A stretch of 40,046 bases of DNA from Coniocarpon cinnabarinum (lineage: Eukaryota), in contig JAVECO010000199.1 in NCBI GenBank assembly GCA_051942205.1, forward strand, positions 1-40,046. Reading direction: 5' to 3'. Every line of letters begins with the position of its first letter. The stretch's first letter is position 1. The position numbers were made by a program, and so were the translations under genes. The notes beneath the pieces were generated by a model, which ran no database searches, was not told the DNA's origin, and was given only the letters and a program-made list of their open reading frames with translations. Positions 21,217 to 35,120 of this stretch are shown piece after piece.

Positions 21217-22108
21217 CGTTACTGTTGGAGTGCGACGTGAGTGAGACAAAGGCGGGTCGATGGACGAGGACTTTGCAGTCGCGCGTGGGTTGGCAATGTA
21301 TAAATTGATGTAGCTGTAAACTGCGTTGCGATGAATAAAAGTGTGGTTTATAGGAAGGATGAGAGAGGTGACGGTGGATGAGTAAAGGCAATAGGAAAGG
21401 GAAGGCAACAGAGATGACGAGCAAGCGAGGGAAGTGGCAGGCGGTGTGAGCACACGAGTGGGGCTCAGCTGCCCCAATTCAGGCACTCGTGATGAGAGTT
21501 TAGAACGTCACGTGGACAAACGGTACAGCCCTCGATTATGTAAGCGTCTTGTCGATCGGACATACAGGCATTTCACACGCATACGACTGATGTGCAGATG
21601 TTGCCGCACACTCGAGGTGCAGTCCTCGTCACGCGTCTTGATCGCCCTTGTCAGGAAGATCTGCTGTCAGACTATACGAGTAGTCTTGGGTCCCCAAATT
21701 CTTTCCCAATTTCCCCTGAATATTTTAGATCTCTGTAAAGTTATCAAAATTGAAGGTAATAGTCCAGCGATTACGCTGTAGTATGCATGCTGCTTCGTGG
21801 AGATGCTTAGTGACTTTAAGAGCATATTTTAGTAAGACATGAGCTCCTGACAGCTCCAGTAGAGACTGTCAAAAGAGGGGCTTAGCTTTGGGAGTCAGGT
21901 GGATATCATGCAAGGTGAAACATTGATTTCAATTTAGCGCTTTGAACGCGAGGTAGCTATACAGAGTGATAAAGTTCCACTCTGGCACGATGCTTGGCAT
22001 TCTAGTTCTATCTTCTTCAGGATCTTCGTACCTGCCCATCTTTTCTGACCTTTCTTTACCTGCAAACACTCACTTACGCATTTGTTTGGTTGTTTTTGTT
22101 CTGAAAGT

Positions 22109-23301
22109 ATGGCTGATCAGTCTCTCATTAGGTTCAAAGCCTTCAAGGCCCGATTGAATTCATTCCCGCAGCCATGGAATGGTCACAATGCCGGTGCTCT
22201 CGCCGCTAATGGGCTTTATTATGCAGCAAAACCTTCTCAATGGGGCCCAGTGGAAAGTATCAGCTGCTTCTTCTGTAAGAAAGTGTATCGTCACCAGTGT
22301 CTAGCTGGAACACAGAATCATATTGACGAAGACTCGTACCCTCTTCGCTTCGCCGAATACATGAAAGGAAGAATTGACTTTGAAGATTTTCATCAGCCAC
22401 ACTGCGTCTTGAACTCCGAGGAAGATGATTTTGAGTGGGAGTGAGTCAATCTGCACTTCGGGGAGAAGCACGCAATTCTGCTTCACAGCTCGGCTTATTC
22501 GGATCTTGAGATGATCTGCCAAGGCGAAACTTTTAGGGTCCATCGTGCAATCGTGTGCCCATGGTCGCCAATCATCCACGCCCAGTGTCAAAGCTCCTTC
22601 GTGGAAGGAATTTGCAGTACAATTTCCGTTCAAGCACCAACAGCATCGCCTGAGTACGTGAAGCACATGTTGGACTTTATGTACGTTGGTGATGAGGCTA
22701 TGAAGAGTGAAAAATCTGTGGACGACCCTGAAAAGATGCAGCAAGACGCTATGGACTTGGAACAAGGCAGTGCTCAAGAAACAACTCATGAGAAACATCT
22801 AATGGACAAGAACGCGGGCGGCGTCACCGAGGGCTATGTGGACAGTCTTGACGACACAAGCGAAGAAGAATATTCAGAAACTCTATCTACAGCAACGTTG
22901 CGTACTCATGTACATGTCTACGCACTTGCCGATTACTACCAGATCGCAGAGCTCAAGCAATTGGCTCTGTACAAGTTTAAAGAGTCTTTGACAGAGCCCA
23001 GTATCCACTTGACGCCTGACGTCATTGAGGACGTAAGCATCTCAACTTTGTGCTATCGGTAGAAGCTGTCTAATCAATGCTGTAGGTGTATGAACACACG
23101 TTGCAGGATGACAAGCTGCGAAAAGCTACCGTCCAACAAGCTGTCAAAGAACAACATTTAATCATCCTGGACCCCGAGTACTATGGGAGATTAAGGAAGC
23201 TCCCGGATTTCTTTGACAACTTCATTTCTCAGATTTCTGTGAGGCTACTTCATCTAAGCATTCCATCCCCAAGGGGAAGTTACAGTGATTCGGACTCGTA
23301 G
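22109..23301 (+). CDS. BIR/C3HC-like Zn finger fused to BTB/POZ domain, exons about 22109-22440, 22489-23033, 23086-23301
   Basis: Exon 1 has RLNSF..W..LAANGLYY..SCFFC..H.xxx.C. Exon 2 has the BTB motifs YSDLEMICQGETFRVHRAIVCPWS, HMLDFMY and HVHVYALADYYQIAELKQLA. GT-AG introns keep the frame. Confidence 0.75.
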
Positions 23302-24438
23302 ACTTCTCGAGGACTCAGGATGCATCATGAAGGTCAATCTATGCCGCAAATGGATACCATGATGATGAAAACTAGTAGGCTTTTTGCGTTAGGTTACAAC
23401 AGAAGCCATGGATAGCTGGTGCATGGCAAGAACGAATTATGAGCTTTCTGCAAGAAGGTTCCCATCAGAGAGACCTCATTGCCAGATCGAGAGTTGCCGC
23501 CACCTCCCATTACAGGAAATGCACAGCTTTCTTTCTATCTCGGGTCTGTTAAACTTGATCATTTAAAATGAACCCGGCGTCTTCAAAACTTTTTGCACGA
23601 GAACTTGAGCTCCCGAAAACTTTGCGGTGGTAAAGATGACCACATTCTCAGACCACATCAGTGGATCCCTACTTGTCGAACTGGAATCTCGTCGTGCTTT
23701 CCATTGCAATGTCGTACAGATTGCGCTGCAATTTTATCTGATCTTATACTTTTTGTGGTGATTCTCCTTTGAGCCGAAACTCAGCTAAGACATTCTATTC
23801 AATCCCAGTTTACAACATTGGGTTTCTTCTTCAATAAAGATACATGCGACTTTAGGTAGCCTCATACTAGTGGAACGTGTCTTTACAAATTGCACGGCAC
23901 CTTAGATGTACGCCCTAGACACCAGTAGTAGATACGTGTAGATGCTGTGTCGAAATGATACTCACAGCTGCACCAAGGCCGTCTGATTTGGATAGATCTC
24001 ACAGCGCTCGAGGAGACTGAAACATAGCCTGACGTCTAAACCGTGCTCTGTGTTCGTGTACAAGCCCAGGATGCAATCAATAAGCTGTGTTCCACTCGTC
24101 ACAGCATATCTCCAGATGTGGAAACGAATTATGACTATCCCGTTCTATCTCGTTTCAAGCACATCTCTACACTTCAGCCTTATTGTGTGTACTGTCATCA
24201 AACATTGCACCTTAAGTCTTTGTGGCGAGCAAGTCCCGTGACTTTTCACAAAGCATTCAAATCGAGACACAAGCACATCCAAACAAACAGATGAAAACTG
24301 CACCTGAATCTTATGAGACAGACAGACAAGACAACGCATAAAGTCGCAAGCTCCATCCGACTTCCCAGCCAGCCAACTCCTCAATCCGCTTCCCCACGAG
24401 TCATCAGTGTCCAACGGATGAGCAATCACCTAATAGCC

Positions 24439-25566
24439 CTAAGCCTGCTGCGACGACCCCTGCACACCATACCCGCGCCCATGTCCTTCCTGCGACGGCG
24501 ACTGCTGATACTCAACAGCAGCCTTCCCATTCCCACCACCAGTCTGCACCAGATCCGCCCTCACCCAAATCCCGACACCATTCAGCGCCGAAGCCAGAAT
24601 CTCATCGGCCTCCTCCATTGAGGTATCATCATGCGCCCATTGAAACGTATACACGTGCTGGTAATTGCCCAAGCGCTGCACGTAGTCGGACCAAATGGTG
24701 ACGATGACAGCGGGGCGGTCAACGGCATTCACGTGCGATAAGTTGGGCAGTGCGTAGGAGGGGAGACGGTACATGATGAGCATTGTGTCGTGGCGGATGC
24801 GTTGGACAGGGTTTTCAGCGTCGCGGAAGGAGGCGCGGATGCCGCGGTCGTTGAGGACGTTGAGGTCGGCGGCGTCATGCGTGGGTCGGAAATCCGGCTC
24901 ACTGTATTGGCTATCAGTCTTCTTCGCTAGAGAGTGTATCGAACCCGGGGTGGTGGGGCGACGTACTGGGCATAGACTTTGTAGCGGTGCAACACGTTGT
25001 AAAAGACCGAATGGGAGTGCTTCGCCCATTGGATCAGACTTGGAAGCACACTCAGCTGGATGCTGGTGTCCGAGAAACCCTTTGTTTCGAGGTCATGCTC
25101 TGAATCATCCGAATCGTAACCATGGGTCTGAGATAGGGATCCCGGGCCAAGCCACACGACATTGGAGACCGCCGCTCCAGCATATTCTGAATTGCGCAGT
25201 GTATGTTGCATCATTTGTTTGGTATGTGAGCCATGCCACGCTTGTGCAATGCGCGTTGCTTTATCTTTGATGTTGCCTTCCTTCTGTGGGTCGCGCGGCC
25301 GATTATGCTGGATACGCTCGCCTCCTATAAGCTGTAGGAAAGAATGCTCATTTTGGTGGTGGTTTGCAGCGTTGGGGTGCTCTGGAGATGGCCGTTGAGC
25401 TTGTTGAGATGACTCGGATTGGCTGGGTCGTGGTGCAATCTCGCGCCATTTGGAAGCTGAAATTCAACATGTCAATGCATGATACGTGTTCCAGGCAAAG
25501 AAACAAGAGGCACTAGGGGAGATCCTTACATGGGTTGTATCTTCTTCGTCGGCCGCCATCTGACAT
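24439..25566 (-). CDS. Hypothetical protein, 3 exons, no recognised domain
   Basis: ATG 25566 (MSDGGRRRRYNP). GTAAGG...TTGAC...CAG and GTACGT...CTGAT...CAG introns join the frames of ORFs 24927-25214 and 24439-25029. Confidence 0.55.
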
Positions 25567-27106
25567 TTTGAAATCGACAGTAGTCCGGGGAAAAGACTTT
25601 TAGGGGTTTGAGGAATAGCTGATGTGAAATATACTTGGCTTTTGCATCTGATAAGCTTTGCATCTTGAACGATGCGCAGGCTTTAATAGTGATCCATTAT
25701 GCATCTCCATCATGTTAACATGTGGCCAGAAATAGGTTGACAACTCTCCGAGTGTCAATTCGTGCATCTGAGATGTCGCCCGAAGCGTATAGACCTGTAG
25801 AGATTGCGCATAGGCGCAAGCGCAACGCGAATCGGAGTCATCGACAAGTCATATGTGTGAAACGTGGTCTTTCCCACCGAAGATAGCGCCTACTTGCCTT
25901 ACCTGAAGCCTAATAGACAGATCAGGCTGCCAGTCTTTCGTCATATGCACGAAGAGCATACTCCCAAGTGGGGTCGAGCTTGCATGTGTCTTCTGTGCCT
26001 CTCGCCCCAATGGCCCTTTGTAGACATGCGTCGTACCCGCCAAGGCTGAAGCGACACGCGATTATTTGGAGACTGCCCCATCCCCTCCCTTGCATGCAAA
26101 CTTGTCACATAAGCAGTAACATTTGCAACTTGACACAATGATGGCGGCACGAACGTACTGCAAAGAGAAGGACAACAATAACATTGAACACAGATGGTCA
26201 TGCGATGCTCATGCGATGCTCAATATAGCAAGAGTCTGACAAGTTGGCCGCGACGGCCAGTCTTCGAGCCGGCCTGCCTCGATTGCCAGTCAAACGAGAA
26301 CGGGACAGAGATCCTTTGGATGACATATCTGAGTACAGTCGTTAGGTGTTTCAAGACACAGACACATTAGGGCGTATGACAGCTGATGAAAGCATCTGTG
26401 GAGTCAATTTGTTGCTGTGTCTGGAATGACGGGCCATTGCTGTAGAATATTTCTGCCTGTACTGTTGAACCAAAGGAGAAAGCAAGAGTGATGGGACCTT
26501 GAGCCTGTCGCGCAACACATTTTGAGGCCATTTTGCAAAGTCAGCAAGCCATCTGCAAGAATCTTTAATCTTAGAAACATTAATCATGCCAGCGTGCACG
26601 CGCTGGAGACAAATATTGGTATCTTATCAGCTTAATGCTTACAGCAGAGATTATCTTTCCGAAGACGCCGACGCAACGGCATACGTAGCTCGCCATTATA
26701 CGACGCCTTGACGTATGACAAGATTATTGTGAATAGACAGAATCGCGAAGAAAGCTTTACAGCTATACGACAATACCTATCTTCTTACGCATTACAACAA
26801 ATATATTATAACGACATGTATTATAACCTACATAAATACCACATGCAGTATGTATGTATACATGCAGCAAGTCACATGTTTCGTGTGTTTTTTTCATGCA
26901 ATATAGCCACATGATTCTATACCGCTGTAAAAGTGGTTCATGATTGCTGTATCAGCATGTCAGCCGCTTCAGCGTGCAGTGCGTAGATCAGCGCAGTCGA
27001 ACACAGCGGAAGTTCTGGTACGATCTCTTGCTAGTAGCCTTATCGTTTACACACTCAGCACTGCAGTCATGCTGCATTCAGTCTAGTAAGCCGTGTCGTA
27101 TGATCC

Positions 27107-28826
27107 TCAAGAATCCACAATGCCGCCCCCAAAGTCCAATACCATTTCCTTTGCCACATTGACCCCCACCGCCGCGCAGAACTCCGCAACAGTCGTTCTC
27201 AGAGGCTTGCTGTCTTCGCCCGACTCGTCATCTTGCATACGATCAAGATCCTCTGCTTGATCTCCTGAATCATCAGAAGTCGCGTTTGCGGATTGCCACC
27301 CCTTGAGTAGACTGACGGGAACCACTACGCTCTTTGCCTCCTTGAAAAATCCTTCTGCTGGCATTTTCACACTGGCGAGTGTGCCTTCTAGATTGATCTT
27401 CTGAATTAAATCTTTGTAAGGCGTGATTCCGGGCATGCGCAGCGTCCAGAGACTCGCAAGAGCATCGGCCCCTTCGCGAATGCTCGGGTACTTCAGTGGT
27501 GCGCCTTGATCATCCTGAGACATTCTCACATGCTCGTCCTCATCGAATGCTCGAAGGGCATCGCTGTCCAGCTTTACCCACTCTCTGCTCTTCCAGTCCA
27601 GGAACTCCTGTGGTTTATACTCGTTCTTATACCGCATTTTCGCGCAGCTGTGGATGTAGTAGCCCATGTAGTAATAATCATAGCCACCTTCAAGTGCTAG
27701 TGTTGCTTCTCGCAATGCAGAAACTTTGCCAAGCGAGAATCTTGAGTACTCGGGATCATAGATGAAGTAGACGGCTGAGACTGCGTGGGGTAGAAGGTCA
27801 AGAACGGACATGGCTATGAGTTCGCCGTTGAGGCGATGAAGTTGGTGAAATGAGCCTAGCTTCTGTTGAAAATGATGACTTGATTGGTCAGAAAGTGAAG
27901 TAGTTCCACCATTGGTCTGACCAGACGCTTGTCTTCCCGTTGGCACAGCGATTGTCCGTGTCTCTCGAGTGACCGGCGACGAACAGAGAAATTGCTTGAA
28001 GCCACTCCGTGAGGACTCATCACGATGCACCTCCCTCTGATATTTTTCAAACAACCGATACTTCTCCTCCGTAAACTCATCCGTCTCCAAAGTGACTTGA
28101 TACTTGCTCAAACCCTCCACATTCTCTGTGCCTTCCACCAAGTGATCGACCTCGGGCTCATGCACAGCACTGAGCAAATCAAACAAACCTTCCATTTGCT
28201 TCTTCTTCTGCTCGCGCGTCTTTGGGCTCCGCTTCGCAGCTTCATGTGTGTAGTTTGGACCAAGGATCTGTCGATTCCATCGGCTCAGAGCTTGGCGGTG
28301 GTCTTTTCTTGGACTGAACTTTTGAACCGAAAGACGGATGGTATAGTGTGGACAGCAGGAACGTACAGGGTCGGGTAAGTAGCAGACATTTCCGGACCGG
28401 CGCCAGCCGTGGTCTATTAGGGATTGGTAGTGATCTGGTGTTAATCGCGTGGCTTGGGCGTAGTAGGAGCCGCCTAGAAGAGGTCAGCTAAAGGAAGAAT
28501 AGACCCTGCGATCCCGTGCGTTTGTGAATTCAAAATCTGCAAAAGAGCCCGCATAAGAGGTACGCGTATTCCAAGGCGAGAGGAAAGTTGCTATAATAAT
28601 GCGCCTAATGATTTCACGCACGAGAAGAAGGGGTCCTCTGACTTGATTCGGGTCCTTTGCAGTATCCACAAGAGCTGCTGTCATATCCTGACAACAATGT
28701 TAGACTTCAAAATTATTCTGCAAATCGTCGTTTTCTTCATTGGGATGTACCGTAGGGTGTAAGATATGAGTACGCTTGCCTGTTCAACCTGAACTCCTCA
28801 ATGCCCGGTATAGTCATTTCTGTCAT
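27107..28826 (-). CDS. ATE1: Arginyl-tRNA--protein transferase, 3 exons
   Basis: SYLTPYGYDSSSCGYCK, GWRRSG, SCCPHYTIRL, FKQFLCSSP, GSFHQLHRLNGELIAMSVLDLLP, SLGKVSALRE and YYYMGYYIHSCAKMRYK. Confidence 0.95.
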
Positions 28827-29701
28827 TATTGATTTTATTTAATGACCGTTAAATACTCTTGGTTTGTAATGACTGTCTTGTGCTGTCATGGTATGTCTGC
28901 TGTCTTCTCTAATGTTTTACAAGGTTGTTTGTAGGCAAACGACCTAGGTAACAAATTCCGTTCATTTTGGGAAGTGGCAGCTTGCCTTGTAAGTTACATG
29001 TAAAATACACGCGTGCTACGCAAGTGAAGCCATCGAGCCATTATAGAGTCTCCCGACTACTTGTGAACTTTCTCGCATCATAGATTCCCTAAAGTGAAAA
29101 CCATCCGACTATATCCACCTGGACACCGCTCAGACATACAGGACGCTTCCAACCGTCTGTGAATGAGTAAAAAACAACGATGGTAGGCACCTCCGCGAGG
29201 TTTGACAAGCGTTGTAAATAGCATCCATGTTTCGATACCATTCAATATGTGACATTCTTCAACCTCTGAATCCTCCTATGACATCTGCTTTCCCTTGGCA
29301 GCCATGTTTCTTTCACTTCTGTCGCAGTTCGTATAAAATCACACTCTGCGTGGCCACTTGTCTAACGTCAGATCTCACTGGCCAGGTCGAGCTCACAGAG
29401 ACAAGCTACCGGTTCTCCTGAATATAGACAAGATAGATTCTGCAACTCATTTCTAACATGCTATCCGCAAGGCCGCAGGTCTTATCCTTCTGAACGCAAA
29501 AGTCATTTTTTTGCTAGGACGCCTGGAGCCGGATTGCTAGGGGTGGTGTACGGCGCCAAGGGTAAGCAATACAAGAGCGGGTGGCAACGCATTCGTTGAG
29601 GAGCTCAGAGCCATCGATAGCTCTAGCATTGGCCAGGTCGAGCGCTTTGTCGGTTATCTAATAGATTTACTTTTCAATTAAGCTTGCAGGACCTGGAATG
29701 T

Positions 29702-31052
29702 TCAAAAGTCCATGTCCATATCCATGAGGAAGCTGCTCTGCATCAGCATAGGGTCACAGACTGACAAAACAAGTCACTTACCTCTCGAGTACTCGCATGA
29801 CTTTAGCAACAAAAGCCTCTAGATGAAAGATGTGTTTCTGTACAATGTCAGTCACGATTGATGATAGGAACGATATAACGACTCACGCTGCCCTGGCGGA
29901 TTCGATGCTCATAGAAGGCAGCCCATTTGACAATGTCTGCTCTTAATGACATGTCCACTTTGGGCACGAGCTTCCAAGTGAGTGTCTAAGACTTGGTTAG
30001 CTTGCGACACAGCGCTTCCTGGGTAAGTCTATATACCTTAAGTATAATGGTTGGTGGTATGCAGTGTGTGAGAAGGTCGTAAAGCTTTGCGCGAACCTTC
30101 AGAATCTGAGCTGGCGTATGCTCAGCAACGATGTCACTCGCGATCTGCTCAATCAGCGCTTCCCAATCTGGTGGTGGAATGATCGTCTTTTCTGTGACGT
30201 TTTCACTGGAACACATCAGCATCGCTGCACGTCGCTTTGTACTTGGATATAACTTACTTCTGCGCATGACAAGCCTCGTACATCAGCAGAGCTTTTCGTA
30301 AATTTCTCCCACTCTCTTTTGCTATCCTCTTGTTCAGAGCCTCGTTATCGCGAAAATGCTCCTTCGCACCAACTTTTGCAAGGACCTCTACGATCTCTTC
30401 CTCCTTCGGCGCAGCCACGCGGACAAGAAGTGTTCGACTTCTGATCGGCGCAATGATACCACTGCTCCTCTCACAACACAGGATCAACCGCACGTTTGCG
30501 CTGTACTTTTCCATCGTTCGCCTCAGCGCCGCTTGCGCATCTCTTGTTAGACTGTCCGCCTCATTGACCACGACGACTTTGAAACGCTGCTTCGCAGACG
30601 AGTCGACTTGCTGTGTCTGCGCGACTTCCTTTAAAAGCTCAGTAATGATGACGCGATCGAGATTACCAACATCTGACGGGGTGATCTCGAGATGGTAGAC
30701 CGACGAGATAATGTTGAACTCGACTTTGCGATTTGATGTTGTTTGGAACACTCGCGCGTCTATCTTAATGCGGCCAGCACCGGGACCGTAGAGCGAGTGG
30801 AGCAAGGCGGTGATGCGTGTTTTCTTGCCGGCGCCCGAAGGTCCATAGAGCAGGAGATGAGGGAGGTCATGCGATTGAGTCTGGTATTCAGGTCTCAGCG
30901 CAAGTCTTCGAAGATGCGCTCCACGATGCCTTGTCTCGACGTTGCAGCAAAATCAAAGCACTCACAAGTGATCGAAACCGCGTAGTGAGCTCTGGATGGT
31001 ACGTGAGCTGATCAAGAGTACGGGGGCGATATTTGTCAACTAGAAGAGCCAT
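29702..31052 (-). CDS. RFC5: Replication factor C subunit 5 (RFC3/5 family AAA+), multi-exon
   Basis: MALLVDKYRP, PHLLLYGPSGAGKKTR, HLEITPSDVG, FKVVVVNEADSLTRDAQAALRRTMEKY, LYDLLTHCIPP and IFHLEAFVAK. Confidence 0.95.
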
Positions 31053-31544
31053 TGCTGGAGGACTACACCGCAGTTCGTGTTGGATTCTGCGACCACGATA
31101 GTGTAGGTTTAAGATATCGAAGCCACGCAGACGCGTCGAGACGCGTAAAGTGCTCTGAGCGGTGTGGTTGTCACGTGATAATTTTCTCCATAATAAGTCA
31201 GGGTGTTATAACCCTGGAATCTCGGCTCTCATATTGCGACCGCTGGACGTCTTTAGCACAATAAGTCACGGCAGTGATGACAATAGATACTTTTGAGACC
31301 GACCTTGCTTCTCGAAATACGTTTCGAGAACACCAGATCGGAGCTGTCAACACTTGGCTTACACATCCCAAGGCGTTGGCGCTGGCGTTGCTATTCCTCC
31401 GAGTTTAGCACCGCTTCGATGAATGCTTAAAAGGCAAGTCTGAGCCGTAACGTGTAACAAAACCAAGTATCTGGATGATACGAATGTAATTGCGTTGCGT
31501 AATTCAGTGTTAGGATAAAAACAGGTACGACAAGGACATGCCTA

Positions 31545-33847
31545 TCACGCCACCGTAAAGGTCCCACTTGTCCCTGTGAAGCTCTTGATCGATCCCGTTA
31601 TCGGGGTCTTACTATCTCCATTGTACACCAGCTTGTACTGCCCAGGCGCGGTGCCCTCTGGCACAGTCCACGTCAAAGTCGTGTGACTGGCTCCTGTCAC
31701 AGTGTCTGTCTGTTTCCATTCCATGAGCAACTCCCAGCTCATGTCGTCTGCTACCGTCTCTCCATTGTCAGCACTTTGCACCGCTGCATACGTGCCCTCA
31801 AGATGAAAATCGTTCCTTGGGTTGGCGCCCTGAAAGACCGCGACGACATTGTCGCCTACATGGTAAGGCGTAGAGTTTACGTCTGTGAGCACGTCACCAA
31901 AAGGAGAGCCGAGTGCGCCGTCATAGACAACAGGGGAGTTGAAATCGAGAGAGTTGCCGCGGTTATCTGGGGGCGAGGGCCCCGCATCAAGAGAAACTGA
32001 CGGCGGCGAGTCGGCGAGGTAAGGCAGCAGATCAGTAGTGCTGTTGATGTATGCGTTGATGGTCCACTGTCCATAGAGAGTTGATGCACCTTCGTAGCGC
32101 TGCACACCATACTCTTCCGGCGTGGCAATGTAATGTGTATACGAATTTGCCGGGGCGCCGAGGACGACTAACGGCTCGGATGAGCCGGTGAGACTCATGT
32201 TTGTAGCAGCGGCACCAAGCGATTCCTTCCAACGACGACCGGACATTGTCGTGGCTTCGCCTGGCGATACGATGATGAGAAGCTGTCCAACGCGCATAAC
32301 TTGTAAGTCGACAATATTAGGAGCCCATTGGTAAGGTATGAGCGTCGCGCCTGCATCAAGCAAGATTTCTTTGGGGCGCTGACACTCGATTTGTTCGCGT
32401 GATGGCTGATGAAGTGCTGCACGGGCAGCCAGCCACAGCGGGTTGCCTTGGCCGTCTGTCGTGTTCTGGCGAAAATCGAATGCGCCAGGTCCGTCAGTGG
32501 TACCAGCCGCAAAACCGTACCCAAGAGCGCCCGAGCAAGTGGTCACCACTGAGCCATTAGCCATTGTGAAGGTGAAATTGGAGAAGTCTCGGAACTGGTG
32601 GAAAGACCTCACATTACCCGAGATGGCTGTCGAGCCAGAGCCGGCCTGCAGGGAGGTGAGTAAACCGGCAGCACCAGCATGTTGACGACGACCGATTTCG
32701 AGTGCGCTAGCCGTGCCTCCGTCGTTGAGGCCATAAAAAGGCCCTCGGCCATGACAAGCTTCGCTTGAAGGATTGGTCGTCCCACATAGAGACTGTTCGA
32801 AACTGCATTGGACATTGGTGCCATCCTCGCACCAAGCACCATTGACGTTGGGAGTAGTATCACCAACATTAGATTGCGAAAAGCCGGCAACGAAACCATC
32901 AGCCGCATTATCTGGTGGACTTTGCTCAAACAAATGTGCGGCGACACCTTTGTTGTCTGCGGTAGTAATGGTGTTATTTCCGTACATGGACGTGCCATGG
33001 ACTGGAAACCAAGTCAGTACGCCCATCGTCTTACTATCACTGCTTCGTTGAAAGTTCAGCATAGTCATCGTCTTGTCGACATCGGCACTGTAACGTGCTC
33101 GCTCGTCCGCCGGGTTCGCTAAGTATGCATAAGGGCTCCGATTCGCATTCGCATCTTGGAGCTCAGTAGAGCCAAACGTTAGCGTGCCCGGAGTCAGGCT
33201 CTCGTGAGCGCGCTGTATTGAAAGCAGGGTGCCATTGACAATGGCCTGGTAGCTTTGTGGTAGAAACCCTAGAGTCGTCACTTGTGGGAGCAAATAATTG
33301 AGCCAAGCACCGGGTCCAGAGTGTGAATGCGTTCCCGTTACCGCGACATTGGAAGCGGTGTACATGGCGTAATCTGAGCCGAGTGCCTGAAGGCCCTCCA
33401 GTATGCCATTGCGGATGGCAGTGTCACCAGACTGAGTATCGAGGACGAGATAGAGGACACGTTCATTGGGGTCGGTAGGACTGCCAATGATGAATGCCCT
33501 CGAATTCAAACGCTGTCGAAGCCCAGTGCCGATTTGTGAGGAATTTGCATATCCCATCAAATCTACCTGTACCACGGGCCTTGACGAGAAGATTAGAGGG
33601 ACGCTGCTCGCTAGGGCGAAAGGCTTGCCACTCACCCAGTAATGTCAGCCTTTCCTACTCCCAATACATAGTCGCTTGACGAAGGTGCTGACGACTGCCG
33701 AAGATTTAAGGGCACAACTGTGACGAAGACACTCTGGACTCGATCCAAAAAGGCATTTTGCAGGTCAAAGTTCACCTGCAGCTGCACAAACAAGAGCAAC
33801 AAGAGCGCGCAGCCCGTCAATGCGATGGCGTGGGCGACCTTGGCCAT
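31545..33847 (-). CDS. Neutral/alkaline non-lysosomal ceramidase, one intron near 33582-33635
   Basis: N-terminal signal anchor, then LGVGKADITGPVV, GTHSHSGPG, NRSPYAY, WFPVHGTSM, GTTDGPG, PGEATTMSGRR and QRYEGASTLYG. Confidence 0.95.
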
Positions 33848-34490
33848 GATTCCCCTTTTGCGGTGCGGACGGCGAGCACCGACATGTTGATGGCAAGCGT
33901 GGGATGCGCCATCTTTAAAAGGATGCCAATCCAGCGTGACTGCCCTGTCCTCCCTGTCGTGGACCGCCACAGAAGATCACTAACCACGCAGCTGGCCAAG
34001 TCGCGTGAGGCGGGGAAGTGATTGGGCAGACCAGGGTATGGAGGTGAAGGGATGGGAACAAGACGATGATACCTGTTGTACGTTCGATACGTACCCCGGG
34101 TCGCTTGGAAAGGCGTGGTCGGATTGGAGATGGTTTCCCGGAGCTGACGTCGGCGCCATTCTTGTCACCTGCATCAGCTGACTCGCGTTGCCAACCGTCG
34201 CGGCCGTTCACTAGGTTAGCGTCCGCAAAGCTTGACGACGATGTTGAAGCTTTCAAAGCAGTCAGTCAACTGATTCCAATGTTGCTTTCGCCGCTTTGTT
34301 TGCTATTCTCTACCCGCCTAATCCTGCTCTGATGTAGCAGGGCCATCTCCAAGCTGCCTCCAATGCCTCAGAAGCCCTCGCACGACCTCGACTCAATGAT
34401 CTCATACAAGCTCTTTCCCACAAGAAGCATTGAGATTTGAATCCACCCTTGAAGACCGACACGCTTATTTCCTAATTTCCCACACACATA

Positions 34491-35120
34491 ATGTCGACCG
34501 CCGACCACCTCCCACATCTTGATCCTCCCCCGACTGCCGCCGAGATTTCCGCCGCGGAAGCTCTAATAGCCACTGAGCGCAGCCACTCCGTTCCCTCAGA
34601 ATCTTCACTACATCCGCAAATCACAGCCAACTACCCCGAAATTTCTCGTACCTCCTCTCTAGCGTCAAACTACCACGCCGCTATTGCCGCCAACAACGGC
34701 AAGCCTCCTCCCTCCGCGATAGACACATCCCGCTATGAAGCGCCCGATGCACCTGCAGACTCTGACCGCGACGCCTGGAAAGCAACTCTGAGACGTGCGT
34801 ACACCTCGTCCGCGTACCTTGGCGGCCGTGAAGACAACCTCAAAATGCTGGAAGAGAACGGGAAGAACGCGTGGTTAATCGCGAATTTCGGTGTCGAGGA
34901 GACACTGAGGGGCTTGGAGAGGAGCTTGAAGGAGATGAAAGCAACGGGCGTGAGTGTTGATGAGGAGAGGCGGTTGAGACAGGAAGGAGCGAGAGGAGAG
35001 ATCGAGGGGAGTGAAGAGGGGTGGCGAAAGGCGCTGGGGCGGGCGGTGGAGGTTGAGGTTGCGGGAGCGAAATTGAAGGCCGAAGTTGAAGAGAAGAGGC
35101 GAGATGGTCGGGACGGATGA
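34491..35120 (+). CDS. SPF27: Pre-mRNA splicing factor SPF27/BCAS2/Cwf7 (Prp19 complex)
   Basis: DHLPHLD, AIDTSRYE, NLKMLEENGKNAWLIAN and a C-terminal coiled coil with EEGWRKAL...VEVEVA. Confidence 0.85.
   Translation: MSTADHLPHLDPPPTAAEISAAEALIATERSHSVPSESSLHPQITANYPEISRTSSLASNYHAAIAANNGKPPPSAIDTSRYEAPDAPADSDRDAWKATLRRAYTSSAYLGGREDNLKMLEENGKNAWLIANFGVEETLRGLERSLKEMKATGVSVDEERRLRQEGARGEIEGSEEGWRKALGRAVEVEVAGAKLKAEVEEKRRDGRDG

Noticed and set aside
24145..24441. Two TAGs followed by an in-frame ORF after the hypothetical gene, resembling stop-loss editing
   Set aside because: The downstream frame has no recognisable protein features and is more simply 3' UTR.
26199..26222. 11-bp tandem duplication CATGCGATGCT
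   Set aside because: Two copies only; consistent with ordinary slippage.
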